NCBI GenBank assembly: GCA_951406725.2
Contig: OX597828.1
Span: forward strand, 36,270,001-36,334,000
Origin: Octopus vulgaris
Taxonomy: Eukaryota
Direction of reading: 5' to 3'
DNA: 64,000 nucleotides
Part shown: piece after piece, positions 24,594 through 37,525 of the stretch
How positions within the stretch are numbered: the first letter of the stretch is position 1
Layout of the letters: every line of letters starts with the position of its first letter
The notes under the pieces: model-generated
Database searches by the model: none
Told to the model about the DNA's origin: nothing
Seen by the model: only the letters and a program-made list of their open reading frames with translations
Translations under genes and position numbers: made by a program

Positions 24594-25151
24594 CTGTTGT
24601 TAACTTTCCATACGAGAGCATCAATAAGCTTTCTTCTTTTGATTTCCAGAGTGCCATGAAGCCAAGAATATTGAAAACCACTGGATTATGTGAGAAACAA
24701 AATTGGCTGCACAAATATTGAAAATGTAATATGGATATGAACTGGAATGTAATATATGGATTATATGAAATATGGATTTCACATGAAAATAAAACGCAAT
24801 AGAAAATACAGAAAGTTGTTCTCAAAGATATTACGATGCAATGTCATTCATAGAATGGCACCTATAGTATAGTTTGTAGTGCAAAATACATTCAAACACT
24901 ACCCATATATGATTATCGTCGTCATCTTCATTGTTTTGACATCCAATTTTTTATGCTTACATAAGTCAGACGGAATTCATTGCGGTTTATTTTCAAAGGT
25001 CAGATGCTCATCCTATTACCAACTCTCACCAGTTTCCGAGCAAGGTATTATTTCCCCATGACATGGGCATGGCAGAGAACAAAGACTGGCAGCAACGGCT
25101 GACTATGAAAGCATCTAGAGTGGCACCAGAACGACTAGCTGTATCAGTTAA

Positions 25152-25372
25152 CCCTTTAGCATTTAAACTGGCCATATCCGGCCAAAAGTATTCTACCTGT
25201 TTTATGTTCAAACTGGCCAGATCTGGTCTCTTACACCAACCCTACAATATCGTTTTAAAAATTAACAGCTACCTCATCAAAATCTCATAGCTACAAGATA
25301 ATGCATGATTAATTCAAAACAATGTGGACAAAGAAGCATTAATTTTGGCAGAATAATGTGAACACTAAAGGG
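25152..25372. mobile_element. Intact piggyBac-type MITE P1
   Basis: TTAA|CCCTTTAGCATT...AACACTAAAGGG|TTAA. Further degraded copies at ~21057-21268, 25690-25900, 31200-31330 and 31420-31600. Confidence 0.88.
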
Positions 25373-26007
25373 TTAAGGGATGATGATGATGACGATGATA
25401 CTGATTATTATTATTTCCCTATGCCCAGACATGTTTTTACAGAAGAAAAGAAATGATCTCGGTCTCCACTGGTTTTATAATTGCTGGATCGCTGAAGAAG
25501 AGTCACCTGCTCTTTCCTTTTCTTTTTTCTCTTCTTCAGGTGAGAAGTAGGATTTGAACTCAGAATGTAACAATGCCAAAAATTTAGCACAATTTGAACT
25601 GAGACATAGATTCAGAGGTGGCTACGAGGTAAGACGTTTGCTTTCCAACCACATGGTTTCAGATTCAGTCTCTCATTTAGCTGTCATTTAGCAAATAAAC
25701 CAGCCATATCACACCGAAATATTCTGTCTCGTGTTCAAACCAGTCAGATCCAACCTCTCATAACTCACCATACAATGTCATATTAAAATAAACAATCACA
25801 TCGTTGAAATCTTGAAGCTACAAGATAATCCATTAATAATTCAAAACAATGTGAATGAATAAGAATTACATTTAACAGAGTAATCTGAACGCTAAAAGGT
25901 TACACATTCACACACACACACACACACACACACAATCTATAGGCACCATGACATTATACAGTTTGATTCATAATACCATATCTTTAAACATCTAACACAT
26001 GCATATA

Positions 26008-26260
26008 CAGGCATAGGAGTGGCTGTGTGGTAAGTAGCTTGCTTACTAACCACATGGTTCCAGGTTCAGTCCCACTGCGTGGCACCTTGGGCAACCGATG
26101 CTGGTGTGTTTATGTCCCCGTAACCTAGCGGTTCGGCAAAAGAGACTGATAGAATAAGTACTAGGCTTACAAAGAATAAGTCTTGGGGTCGATTTGCTCG
26201 ACTAAAGGCAGTGCTCCAGCATGGCCACAGTCAAATGACTGAAACAAGTAAAAGAGTAAG
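26008..26260 (+). mobile_element. SINE-B with an internal deletion
   Basis: The head runs into ggcaccttgggcaa|ccgatgctgg, skipping the CORE 3' part and the microsatellite at a caa microhomology. Confidence 0.8.
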
Positions 26261-26311
26261 AGTATACATCATTACATATATGCTATCATATACACACACA
26301 CACACACATAC

Positions 26312-26343
<32 letters not shown>

Positions 26344-27324
26344 TCTCACTATCATTTAAACTTATATTATACACCATTAGATATACTCTCCGATATATAA
26401 TATCACTGCTGTTTAAACATTTACACATGTACACCATTACATACACACTGTTAAATGTATATATGTAATATGACTACCATTTAAACATTCACAGATGTAT
26501 ACATTATATGATAAAAATCCTTCACAAGTCATATATACTCATAAAGCAGGTTTTCCAGTTTCTCTAGTGCATGTATTTCCCCACTAGATGGGACGCTGGT
26601 CTGTCACAGGATTACTCATTTTTGCCAGCTAAGTGAACCAAAGCAACATGAAATGAAGTGTCTTGCTCAAGAACACCATGCATCACCTGGTCCGGGAATT
26701 GAAACCACAACCTTTTGATTGTGAGTCCAACTCTCTAACCACTAAGCCACTCACTGTCATTTAACCATTTCGATATCATTTTTGTGTTGAAACACACAGC
26801 ATTTGTTTCAATTAATTTTGAAAATAATGACCAAGGTATTAGAATAGTTTTGCCATTATTAAACCTTTTCCTGTCCAAAGAACTTGCATTAAGTCTGTCC
26901 AAAATGTCCATGCCTGTTTTCAGACTTAATAAACCCTTGTTTCAACAAGCGGCCGATCTGTTTATATACTCAACAAATCCAATAATGTAATAGTGATCTG
27001 TCTCACAAGAATAACTGCTTTAGGTACAGGTGTGGCTGTGTGATAAGAAGTTTGCTTCCCAACCGCACGGGCCTGAGTTCAATCCCACTGTGTGGCACCA
27101 TGGCAGGACTTGTCGGTGGATAAAGCTTTCCTTTCATAAGTTCCAAGTTACTAACATGGTTGAAAAACACAGGGAATATTTATTGCATAAGACGCATGGA
27201 AGCCAGGGAAATATGTCCTGTCTATCACATGTGAGACACAAGGCAGATAGGAAGTTAAGCTGGTGCCTGGACCACAAATTAATGTGAAATTTCTATGGAA
27301 AGTTATAGAAGTAGATCACTTTAA

Positions 27325-27551
27325 CCCATTAAGTCCCACTGTCCTATAAATAGGACACTAAATGAAAACCTTAAATAAGCTATATCACATTGTCTCAGTG
27401 TCCTATTTATAGGACACCGAGTATTTCCATTTCTACTTGAAGTAAAGGAGTTTTAATAATCATTTTTTTTTTTTCATTTTAACCTGTTTTCAATCATTTG
27501 TAAAAATTTTAAAGTAATATTCAGAAATTTAAGTATCTGGGACTTAATGGG
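27325..27551. mobile_element. piggyBac-type MITE family P2
   Basis: Perfect 14-bp TIR CCCATTAAGTCCCA/TGGGACTTAATGGG with TTAA on both sides; internal inverted pair of the palindrome tgtcctat(a/t)(a/t)ataggaca. Confidence 0.9.
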
Positions 27552-29424
27552 TTAAAACAGAGAATTTGTATCATGAAGCAGGGACCAGGGAGTGAACTCT
27601 GATGGAATGGTATGAAATGGGTTAATCATATGCCAGCCAGTCTAATCAGCATTGAGATATTGATCTCTACTTCAACTTACCAATTTGGAAACAGAACTTT
27701 TAGAAATGTGAGAAGAGAGAAAGTGGGAGAGCAAAGCAGGGAGGCTACAATATCACTGCTTTTGGGAGGGGGGAAGGCATGACCATCACTCATAATTTCA
27801 ATCACTTTCTTCTGAATAGAAAGTCTTTATAGTGTAGAACAACAAGTACAAAATGAAATGGTACCAAGTGAGAATTGAAACCCAGTGTTATGGTTTAGAA
27901 TTTCCAGACAGATTACCTCTGGTTGATCAGGACTAACTCCTCCTCTTCCTCCTCCTCCTTTAATGTCCATTTTCCATGCTGGCATGGGTTGGACTAACAG
28001 TAAATATTTAGAAATGCAACTACTTTCACAAAAACTAAAACACACACATACAATGAGGAAGCTTCTCTGTGGACACTCAACTTTCTAAAAATGGCAGCCA
28101 AATTGCTCTAAAAGTACATCTTTCTGTCTTAAAGTGAAGACACATTAAATAATGCACTTCTTGTTAACAATATCTCTAAAGGAACAAAAAGGACAGGATG
28201 ATTATGGGTTAAGCATCTTTGACCAAAAGGCTTGATGGAAAGATGACCTGGGGCCAAACAGCACACACACAGCAGTGTAAACAGGTGCTTTGTAGGTGAG
28301 AGAGAGAGACAGGAGAGGTTCTCAGTGCACTGCATGCATATTTACATATCGTGCATCATGTGCACACATCTGATCAGTTCCTCCAGATAAAAATTTATAA
28401 ATTGGCATGTTTAACAGTGTATGTACACATGTGACTATTTGTGTATATGCATGTTCTTTTTGGCCATGTGTGCATGCATGCATGTTTTCAATGTTTTTCT
28501 TTGTGCCGCTTTGTGGATGTGTGCATATTTGTGCATGTACAGACGTATGTACACATACATGTAAATGTATGTATATCCATGTGTATTTATGTTTGAATGT
28601 ATATGCACAACTGCACATGTGTATGTGCATTTGTGTACACAAGTGAATGTATATGCACAAGTGAGTGAGCTGTTAAGAGTCTGCATGTAAATATGTAAGT
28701 GACTGTGTGTATGTAGGACGAGTGTATATAAGTAATTGCGTGTGTGTGTGTATGTTTAGTAAACAATCTATGAGTGCATATGTTGTGTGTGTTTGTATGA
28801 AGTATGTTTGTGTGTATGATGAAGTGTATGTGTGTGCATGTGAAGCATGTGACTTGTGTGTATGCGTGTATGAAGTGTGTGTCTGTTTATAAACATTTGT
28901 TTTAAAGATGGTTTCTTGTTTGTTTTAACTTATCAGTTTTCTTCATAACCAAATATTTACAATACTATTTTTACTTCCAACTTAACCTCCTTGTCGTAAG
29001 TGTGTCTGTTGCTCTAATATATATATTTATATTATGATTTTCCTTTGATAATAGTCATAACTAATACGTCTATTCAAATTAAAGTATAACACATATATTC
29101 TTCAAAATATTTATTTTATCGTACAACATTTGTTTGTTTGTTTGTCTTGCAATCAAAACACTTTTCCTTTTATCAAAAGCAAACTCTCGGTATTGATCTA
29201 AGCAAATACTAATTGAACACTATCCATAATAACTATTAAACTTGAATTTATATTTGTATTTATCAGCAATGTACAGGTAGAGATAAATAGTGGAGTGTCA
29301 AGCTATGAATATATATACCTTATTATCTTAACTCCTAATGATTCTGAACAACCACAAGTCCACAAATTAGAGAAAGGGGAGAGGGATAGAGATAATTATA
29401 TCAACCGCACTACTTGACTGGTAC

Positions 29425-30198
29425 TGCTCCTATTTGCACCTGCATCAGTACTCACCAGACGTGCACTGAGCCAGCGACAACCAATGGATTCACTGCATCC
29501 CTCACAAATGCTGACCACATCCAAAGCAAAAGCCCAGCTTGCAAATTTGATAAATAAATGCTCCAGTGGGAGAGTATGCACATGAGATAGTGCAGATGTC
29601 ATACCTGTCATCATCATTCATCATTGTTCGACCGTGGTCGAGACAATGGAATTTACCATGCTACGCCAGACTTCACGGTCCATCATGGCATTACAGAGGT
29701 CCTGTTGCTGGATGCCTGTATCCCTGGAGATTACATCAGGGTAGGAGAGTGTGCGCCCTCTGGCATTGCGAATAGATAGCTTCCAGAGGAGGAGAGTAGA
29801 AATTAGCTCTTTTTCAGCTCTATAACAATGTCCAGCAAACTGGACTCTCCTACCTTTCACAAGAGATGACACAAGAGTCATACCTGTAGTTGTCGTTTGT
29901 TGTGGAAAAGTAGAGTTCGTGTTCGGAGTTTTAGTGCGAACACAAGTCCATGCATGATCCCAGGTCACATGCAGACACTCTTTGGGATAGTGTATTCCAT
30001 AGCAGCTCATCTTCTTGCCATTGATTATCATCTGACTCAGAGGATTTACTGACAAAGTCACCACTGATTATCGGAACAGACATAGCTTGGCTTTGAAGCA
30101 GGTTTTAGAGACATGCTTCAACAAAAGCTAAGAGCTGCCTCACCCCCAGTGGTCTTCCAGCATGTCGGACACCAACCCGGAATTTCTGGGGGCCCATG
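29425..30198. mobile_element. Unassigned insertion splitting a SINE-A, itself split by an RTE
   Basis: The SINE-A breaks at ..acttga-ctggtac| and resumes at |ctggtac-atatcttatcaactctggaagga; 7-bp direct repeat at 29418-29424 and 30199-30205. Confidence 0.6.
29609..29876 (-). mobile_element. 5'-truncated RTE-clade LINE 3' end with TSD
   Basis: Encodes VSSLVKGRRVQFAGHCYR..GRTLSYPDVISRDTG..AMMDREVWR, followed by a short (GAT)n tail; perfect 11-bp TSD gtcatacctgt at 29598-29608 and 29877-29887. Confidence 0.92.
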
Positions 30199-30724
30199 CT
30201 GGTACATATCTTATCAACTCTGGAAGGATAAAAAAATAAAAGGTGACTCTGGTGGGATTTGAACTTGGAATGTAAAAGGATCCAAGTAAGTACTTTGAGG
30301 AATTCTATCTAAGGCAACAATTTCTAACATAGGCACAAAGTCAAACACTTCAAGTAATGGGTATACTGCATTCTATGGACTCCAAATACTCACTCAGTGG
30401 CTACTTATTTTATCAAGAACCTGGGAGGAGGTAGGCCTAACTTTAGCTTGATAAGATTTGAAACCAGAGCATAAATGAAAGTAAGTAAACACCACAGGGG
30501 TACAGTTCATTCATTCATTTATTCTTACATCTGTTATTTTCCTGCTAGCATGGGTTAGATGAATATACAATTGAGGCATTATTTTACAGCTGGATGCCCT
30601 TACCTGTATTTCAATTAAGGCATATCTTATCCCACATGTCTTTGGAAGTGCAAAGCCAGTATATGATCCATTGACAGGAGAAATGAAAGGAGAGACATAA
30701 AGAAATATGCAGATACACACATGC

Positions 30725-31100
30725 ACCCACATACAACTGGTACTTATTTGATTGACCCCCAAAAGGATGAAAGACAAAGTTGACCTTTGCAAGATTTGAA
30801 CTCAGGACACAACAAACGAAATGTTGCAAAGCATTTTGTCCAGTCTGCTAACAACTCTGCCAACTCATTTGCCACCATAATAATCCTGTTATAAGCACAA
30901 GCACTGAAATTTGGGGGGAGCGGACTAGTTGATTACATAGACCCCAGAATTTCACTGGTACTTAATTTATCGACCCCGAAAGGATGAAAGGCAAAGTTGA
31001 CCTCAGCGGAATTTGAACTCAGAATGTAGCGACAGGTGAAATAACGCTAAGCATTTCATCCAGTGTGCTAACAATTCTGCCAGCTTCCCCACCTTAATAA
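30725..31100 (-). mobile_element. Two head-to-tail SINE-A copies
   Basis: Two consecutive SINE-A bodies joined by short (AAT)n. Confidence 0.8.
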
Positions 31101-31624
31101 TAATAATGATGATGATTTAGAGACAAGGCCAGCAGTTTCAAGAGGAATGGTTTAGTTGATATCCTCAAACCCAGCACTTATTTGACTGCTAAGTTATTTT
31201 ATTGATGCGATTTTGTTTATTTTTAGAATGACATTGTAAGGTAGTTGTGAGAAGTTGGATTCGGTCAGTTTAAACATAAAACAGGAAGGACATTTGGGCC
31301 AGATATGGATGGGTTAAATATCAAAGGGTTAAACTCATCTGATCCTAGAGTACATTCAGCAGAGTTCACTCTGTTACAAGTACTTAGGCCTGGTATTTGG
31401 TTAGAGAATAGCTTTCACCTTTTATCCCACATTTAAGCCTGTCATTTCCCAACCAAATATTCTTCCTGCTTTATGTCAAAACCAACTAGATCCTGCCTCT
31501 TACGCTTACCCTACAATGTCATTCTAAAAATATACTGTCACATCATTGAAATCTCTAAGCTACAAGATAATGCATGATTAATTCAAAACAATATTACATT
31601 GAGCAGAATAATCTCATTGCTGAT

Positions 31625-31928
31625 AGATAATGTTCCTTCTCGAGCCATGCCTGGCTCATAAGGGCCGGTTTCCTGGTTTCTTGGCATATAGGTTCCCCAC
31701 CTGGACGGGACGCCGGTCTGTCGCAGGTGAGCTGCAAGAGGCAGGAGGAAAAAGTGAGAGAAAGTTGTGGTGAAAGAGTCAGCAGAAGTTCGCCATTACC
31801 TTCTGCCGGAGCCGCATGGAGCTTAGGAGTTTCACTCATAAACAAACACATCGCCCGGTCTGAGATTCGAACTCGCGATCCCTAGACCGCGAGTCCGCTG
31901 CTCTAACCACTAGGTCATGTGCCTCCAC
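31625..31928 (-). mobile_element. tRNA-headed SINE family D with TSD
   Basis: Head tggaggcacatgacctagtggttagagcagcggactcgcgg..gagttcgaatctcag; 10-bp TSD cattgctgat at 31615-31624 and 31929-31938. Confidence 0.88.
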
Positions 31929-32954
31929 CATTGCTGATGGGTTGGAGCATCAGCACACTGGGCCCTAATGGGTTTAGGGGCTCAATTCTGATCTATGAAT
32001 GCTGTGCCTTGCTGCTAATAAATACTATAGGATCCAGTTTATTGGTTTAACCAGGAGCCTATAACATTGTGAAGATGGCCCTGAACCAGTAGTATATTTC
32101 AAGCAGCTTTAATTTTTTTGTAAATTCAATATTGAACACCTTGTTCATTAGCAGTTTTTGTTTTTTTTTTTGTTATTCTTTTTTAATAAAGTTATGTACA
32201 GGAGTATACAAGAGAGCTATAGTAAGTAATCAATGTTATTACAAAACTTTAGAGTAACCAAATTAACAGTGAATATTCAAAGTACAGTGGGAAAGTTGTA
32301 AAACACTAAAAATAAAAACTGAAATTTTATTCGTAAACATAAACAATTTGGTCTCTGCTATTATACCATCATCAGTTAACGTCCGTTTTCCATGCTGGCA
32401 TGGGTTGGATACACACACACACAAATAGGGAAGATCAACTCCACAATAATTTGACTACTAAGGGTACACTCACACCACTAGTAAATGCTCAGTTATTTTC
32501 CTTAGAAGTGCGTTATTAAAATAAATTTAAACTAGCACGCACACACACATACACACACTGTTTATCATAGCAAAAACCGACATCATACTGCGTTTCGCCC
32601 TTGGCTAGACTGTTCACAACTCTATTGAGTTTTATATCATATAATGTTTACACTACATAAACAGTACTTTAATATTTTACAACTCTTAACATACACGCAG
32701 ATAACCTTTATAGATACTATTATACTTTAGTCGTGTTCGTTGCTGCATCGCATGTAATTTTTGCGCATAAATACTCTCATACAAAACACGCACTTTATTT
32801 ACATCTTTTAGTTCGCATCACGTGAAAATGCGTCAGCATTACTTCAGCTTGCTAGCTTGACAACACAATTGAATAAACACGTGAACGCGCGTGTATGTGC
32901 GCGTGTCGTTGGTTTCTACATGGGTTCGAAACCAAGTTGAACAAGCACGTTACC

Positions 32955-33119
32955 TATTTCTTTATTACCCACATGGGGCTAAACATAGAGGGGACAAAAC
33001 AAGGACAGACATAGGTATTAATTAAGTCGATTATATCGACCCCAGTGTGTAACTGGTACTTATTTAATCGACCCCCCGAAAGGATGAAAGGCAAAGTCGA
33101 CCTCGGCGGAATTTGAACT
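32955..33119 (-). mobile_element. 5'-truncated SINE-A with TSD
   Basis: Truncated at the B-box; 11-bp TSD agcacgttacc/agcacattacc at 32944-32954 and 33120-33130. Confidence 0.85.
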
Positions 33120-35699
33120 AGCACATTACCGTTGTGCCTCTGTGTGTTTCTACTCGGGTTCGAAACCGTGTTACGAATTTAATTCCCTAAAAACCCACTG
33201 ATATAATTATAATAGGGCCTCTGATTACGACGCACGTACAAACAAAAATATATAGACAGAATATACATACATGTATCCACGAACGGACATGTATATCTGA
33301 GTATAAAGTCAAAATCGCTATGGAATTTTAAGTTTGTGTACAACTTTAATTCTATGCAAGATAGAATTAATCCGCCTGTGAAAAGAAGTAAAAGAATTCA
33401 TTTTATGCTTTTAAATAGATATATTCTTGGTGATGTTAATTTACAATATATCCATTGTCGTTACACATATACAAACCATGATGTTATTTTAAAGTTCTCG
33501 AAATAGATTTTGTAGTTTATTTTCAGCTTTACTCTGATTCATAATAAATCTTAGCTCGCAAGTCATCGACTGTACGAGATGTTTATCCCGTAAATTAAAA
33601 ATAAAGTTACAATTTTATCTTGTTTCAGTCTATGGACTGCAGCCAAGCTGGGGCAACGTTAAAAGAAATGTAGTTCTAAAGTCCCCAATGAGAAACGAAC
33701 TCATGATCCCTGTGGTTTACAAACCTCTGCAAACATTAATAAGCATCTGCAATATTTATATGATTGACGTTGAGAAAAACAGATGCAGGTTTCTAAATGT
33801 CTTTTGTTTTTTGTTGAGGGGGGTGAGGTTACGATTTAATTCTTCCATATATAGTATTAAAGTTATAAAAAATTTTAATGACGCAAAGACTTTATCAAGA
33901 TCCAGAATGCATAAGCGTATACACATCCATCCATCCATACATACATACATACATAAAGCGGCCTCAGCATGGCCGCAGCTTTGAGCTGAGACTGACAAAA
34001 CAAATAAAACATACATACATACATACATTAACGCACACTCATACATATACACACATTTATGTGTCTGAGTATATGTATGTGTGTGTGATAATCATGATTA
34101 ATATCGAACATTTGTTGGTCTCAAAATTAGTGATAACAATATTCAAACTCGTTCAGGTTACTGTTATGCTATATCCACTACTTATTGTGATCAAACTTAT
34201 GGTCCTACCCCAAAGTTATCACAATACATAGCTTCCACTGTGTGTGTGTGTGTGTGTACACGCGCACAAAGAAAGAAAGCAAAGAAAGAAAGAAACAAAC
34301 AAACAAAGGCAAGCGCAGAAAATGCGTAGACACAAGCACGTGCTAAATGAGTCCCCTTAGAAAAAGGTTTGTATATTATGTCGATAGCGGCGATGCCGAA
34401 ACACAGCTGAATTGACCAAACAAAATACATACTGCGATACAATAAGAATTGTTTCTAATTTTAGACACAAGGCTAGAAATTCTTAAAGATGGGGGAGGGG
34501 GGCTGGTTAGTAGATGCCATCGATCCCAGTATATGATTGATACTTTAATCTACCGACCCTAAAAGGCTAAATGCAAAACTAATTCGGCGAGATTTAAATT
34601 TAGAAGATAAATTTAAATTCAGAAGATATAATAAAAGTGACCAATTTACGAAGAATACCTCAAATATTAGGAATAGAAGGTGATAATCGTCCAAATTGAT
34701 CATAGTACTTGACAGGTATTTTTTAAAAGTCTGAATAACAATAGTACTTAGAAAAAACACAATGTATCTACTTCTAGATACACTGTCAAGTTCGCTTCTC
34801 GTTCTTTCAGCTCTGTTTTGATTGTCGAATCTTCTGTCTTTTCTGGGTGATAACGACTGTGGTCTAACATGAAAGGAAAGGCCTTTCCCAAGCTTTAAAT
34901 ATGCCCCCAAAATGTTGTATTTCACGACAGCACCCCTACGGTTCCATTCAACAGTTGAGGCCCTAAGACAAGATACGTATACTGCCTGGAAAACTTCAAA
35001 AATAATAAAACTCCTTTTTAGATTGGAACGCCTGAAATTTTAGGGGAAAAGGAGTTAGCTGATGGTGTTGACCCCTAATACTTATTTTATTGATCCCGAA
35101 AGGATGAACGGCAAAGTCGATTTCGGCGGAATTCGAACTTCAGGTCAAAAATTCTGCTAAACATTTTGCCCAGCGTAACAATAATAAAGGACAAGATGGT
35201 CACGGCTGAAACATAGGACTTGCTCGATGAGAGCTGACCTGTGTGACAAACAACAATAAGAAACATGTAAGTTACGAGCTGAAGAGAAAGCTTCTACATG
35301 GACGCTCGAGCAGCTAGAAATAGCAGACAAATCATTCTCTGTTGTCTTTAAAAACATGTAGGACACATCATAATAAAATACTGTCATGGCCTTAAATATA
35401 TATACTGCTTGAATAAAAGAGCTTGGAACACTCTTCATAATAATAAACCAGCTCGATCACAGATGACCTGGGTCTAAATAATGGCAAAAGCAACAACAAT
35501 AGCAACAAGTACTAGTGATTTTCCAAGTTAATATTGATTTTTAACAGAAGGAGCCAGTCATTCCAAGAGTGATCACGAGTATCTACACGCAAATTTTAAG
35601 TGTTTGTTTGTTTTTTGGATTTGTTTTTTTTTTTCTTTGTCTTTTGTGCGTGTTTTCCGCCCCAGTTGATTTTTTCACTTCGTAAAACAATTCACGCAG

Positions 35700-35731
<32 letters not shown>

Positions 35732-36496
35732 TTGATGGCATGCACTGCTCTCTCACTCAATAATAATAATAATAATAATGGTGATGAAGAAATAATAATA
35801 ATAATAATAACAATAGTGTTGATGAAGAAATAATCACGTGGAGAATACATAAGGGTTTATAAATTAAGACAATGTAGTTTTATTCTTCATTCGTTTAGCC
35901 GCCTTAAATTCAGTTCTGACTAAGTGGGCACGTCTGTGACCCAAGACACCCCAGCTGTGGCTATCCCGCCGAGGGAATTTATAAAATTTTAAAAAATTAC
36001 TATTTTTCAGATATAGTTAGTGCATCAGATTATAGTCATCCAATTTGTATCTCGACGTTCTTTTCTTTTCTTTCTTTTGAAGACGGTAGGATGGGTATGA
36101 ACAGCCGAGTGAGATTGGCGGGGAGAGGGGGGGCTACTTCTAGCGCACGCACACACACACACACACACTACAAACGTGTGTGTGGTGTATTTTATTTCGA
36201 ATTAAAGAAAAAAATATGTGGAAGTAAGTCGTTTCAGACAGCACTAAATAACGACGGTAAAAAAATGTACTGTCTCGAACATTTTACACCAGACAGCTTG
36301 CAACATGACTTACACACCGCCGCCGCCACCACAAACTCGACACTTCATTCGACGTGTGTAATGTCTGTAGTATCATGTAGCAGGGGAGGGAGAGGAAGTC
36401 TCTCAGTGTGAACAGTGCGTGTGTATAACCGTATGAACTTTCACATATATACGCGCACGTACACACACAAACAATATGTATATATATATATATATT

Positions 36497-36940
36497 TCAT
36501 GCTAGCATAGGTTGGACGATTTGACTGAAGTCTGGCGAACCAGATGGCTGCACCAGACTCCAATCTGATCTGGCAGGGTTTCTACAGCTGAATGCCCTTC
36601 CTAAAGCCAACCACTCCGAGAGTGTAGTGGGTGCTTTACGTGCCACAGGCACGAGGGCCAGTCAGGCGGTACTTGCAACAGCCACGCTGAAATGGTGCTT
36701 TTTATGTGCCACCTGCACAGGAGCCAGTCCAGCAGCACTAGCAACGACCTCGCTCAAATGTTTTTTCACGTGCCACTGCTACAAATGCCAGTGAAGCGAC
36801 GCAGGTAACGATCACGCTCGAATGGTGTTTTTTACGTGCCATCGGCACGGAGGCCAGCTTGTTGCTCTGGCAATGGTCTCACTCGTATGGTACTCTTAGC
36901 GATCCACTAACACGGATGCCAGTCATCGAATTTGATTTCG
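36497..36940 (-). mobile_element. Retroposon family C with ~5 structured units
   Basis: Longest unit array in the window; the unit order parallels 14665-15110. Confidence 0.85.
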
Positions 36941-36984
36941 ATGGACTAGTTAAACAGATAAGCTCTCCATAGGACCTTTTGCTT

Positions 36985-37050
36985 AATAATAATAATGAAA
37001 TTATTGTGTACAGTGCTCAGGTGCACTACAACTTATCAAAGGTGCATATA
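36985..37050 (-). mobile_element. Extreme 3' end of the CR1-like LINE family seen at 12824-13400
   Basis: Reverse complement reads agttgtagtgcacctgagcactgtacacaat..(ATT)n. Confidence 0.8.
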
Positions 37051-37120
37051 CAGTATTCGATATAACAGGTGTATGAATCTTTATGTTCAATACTGGGCAC
37101 ATTCCATACATGTGTGCACG

Positions 37121-37149
<29 letters not shown>

Positions 37150-37155
<6 letters not shown>

Positions 37156-37443
37156 CACATGATCACATGACCGACCAGGCTATCAGATGTTGCTACACAT
37201 CGCTGGTCACAATGCGTTCGCATTGTTTTAGCCTTCGAATGACGCCACCCCGCTGGGCAAGCAAGAAGAAAGAGTGAGAGAAAGTTGCAGCGAAAGAGTA
37301 CAGCAGGGATCGCCACCCCTTGCCGGAGCCTCGTGGAGCTTTTTTTAGGTGTTTTTCGCTCAATAAACACACACAACGCCCGGTCTGGGAATCGAAACTG
37401 CGATCCTACGACCGCGAGTCCGCTGCCCTAATCACTGGGCCAA
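37150..37443 (-). mobile_element. SINE family D variant with a different 3' part
   Basis: Same tRNA head and ctttctctcactctttc body as 7788-8100, but a distinct tail. Confidence 0.75.
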
Positions 37444-37480
37444 TATATATATTGAAAGTACCCAGAATAAAGCTAGGATG

Positions 37481-37525
<45 letters not shown>

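Noticed and set aside
31850-31928. tRNA-like sequences (also ~8030-8100 and ~37380-37443)
   Set aside because: They are SINE heads: each continues into a shared body, and two are flanked by TSDs.
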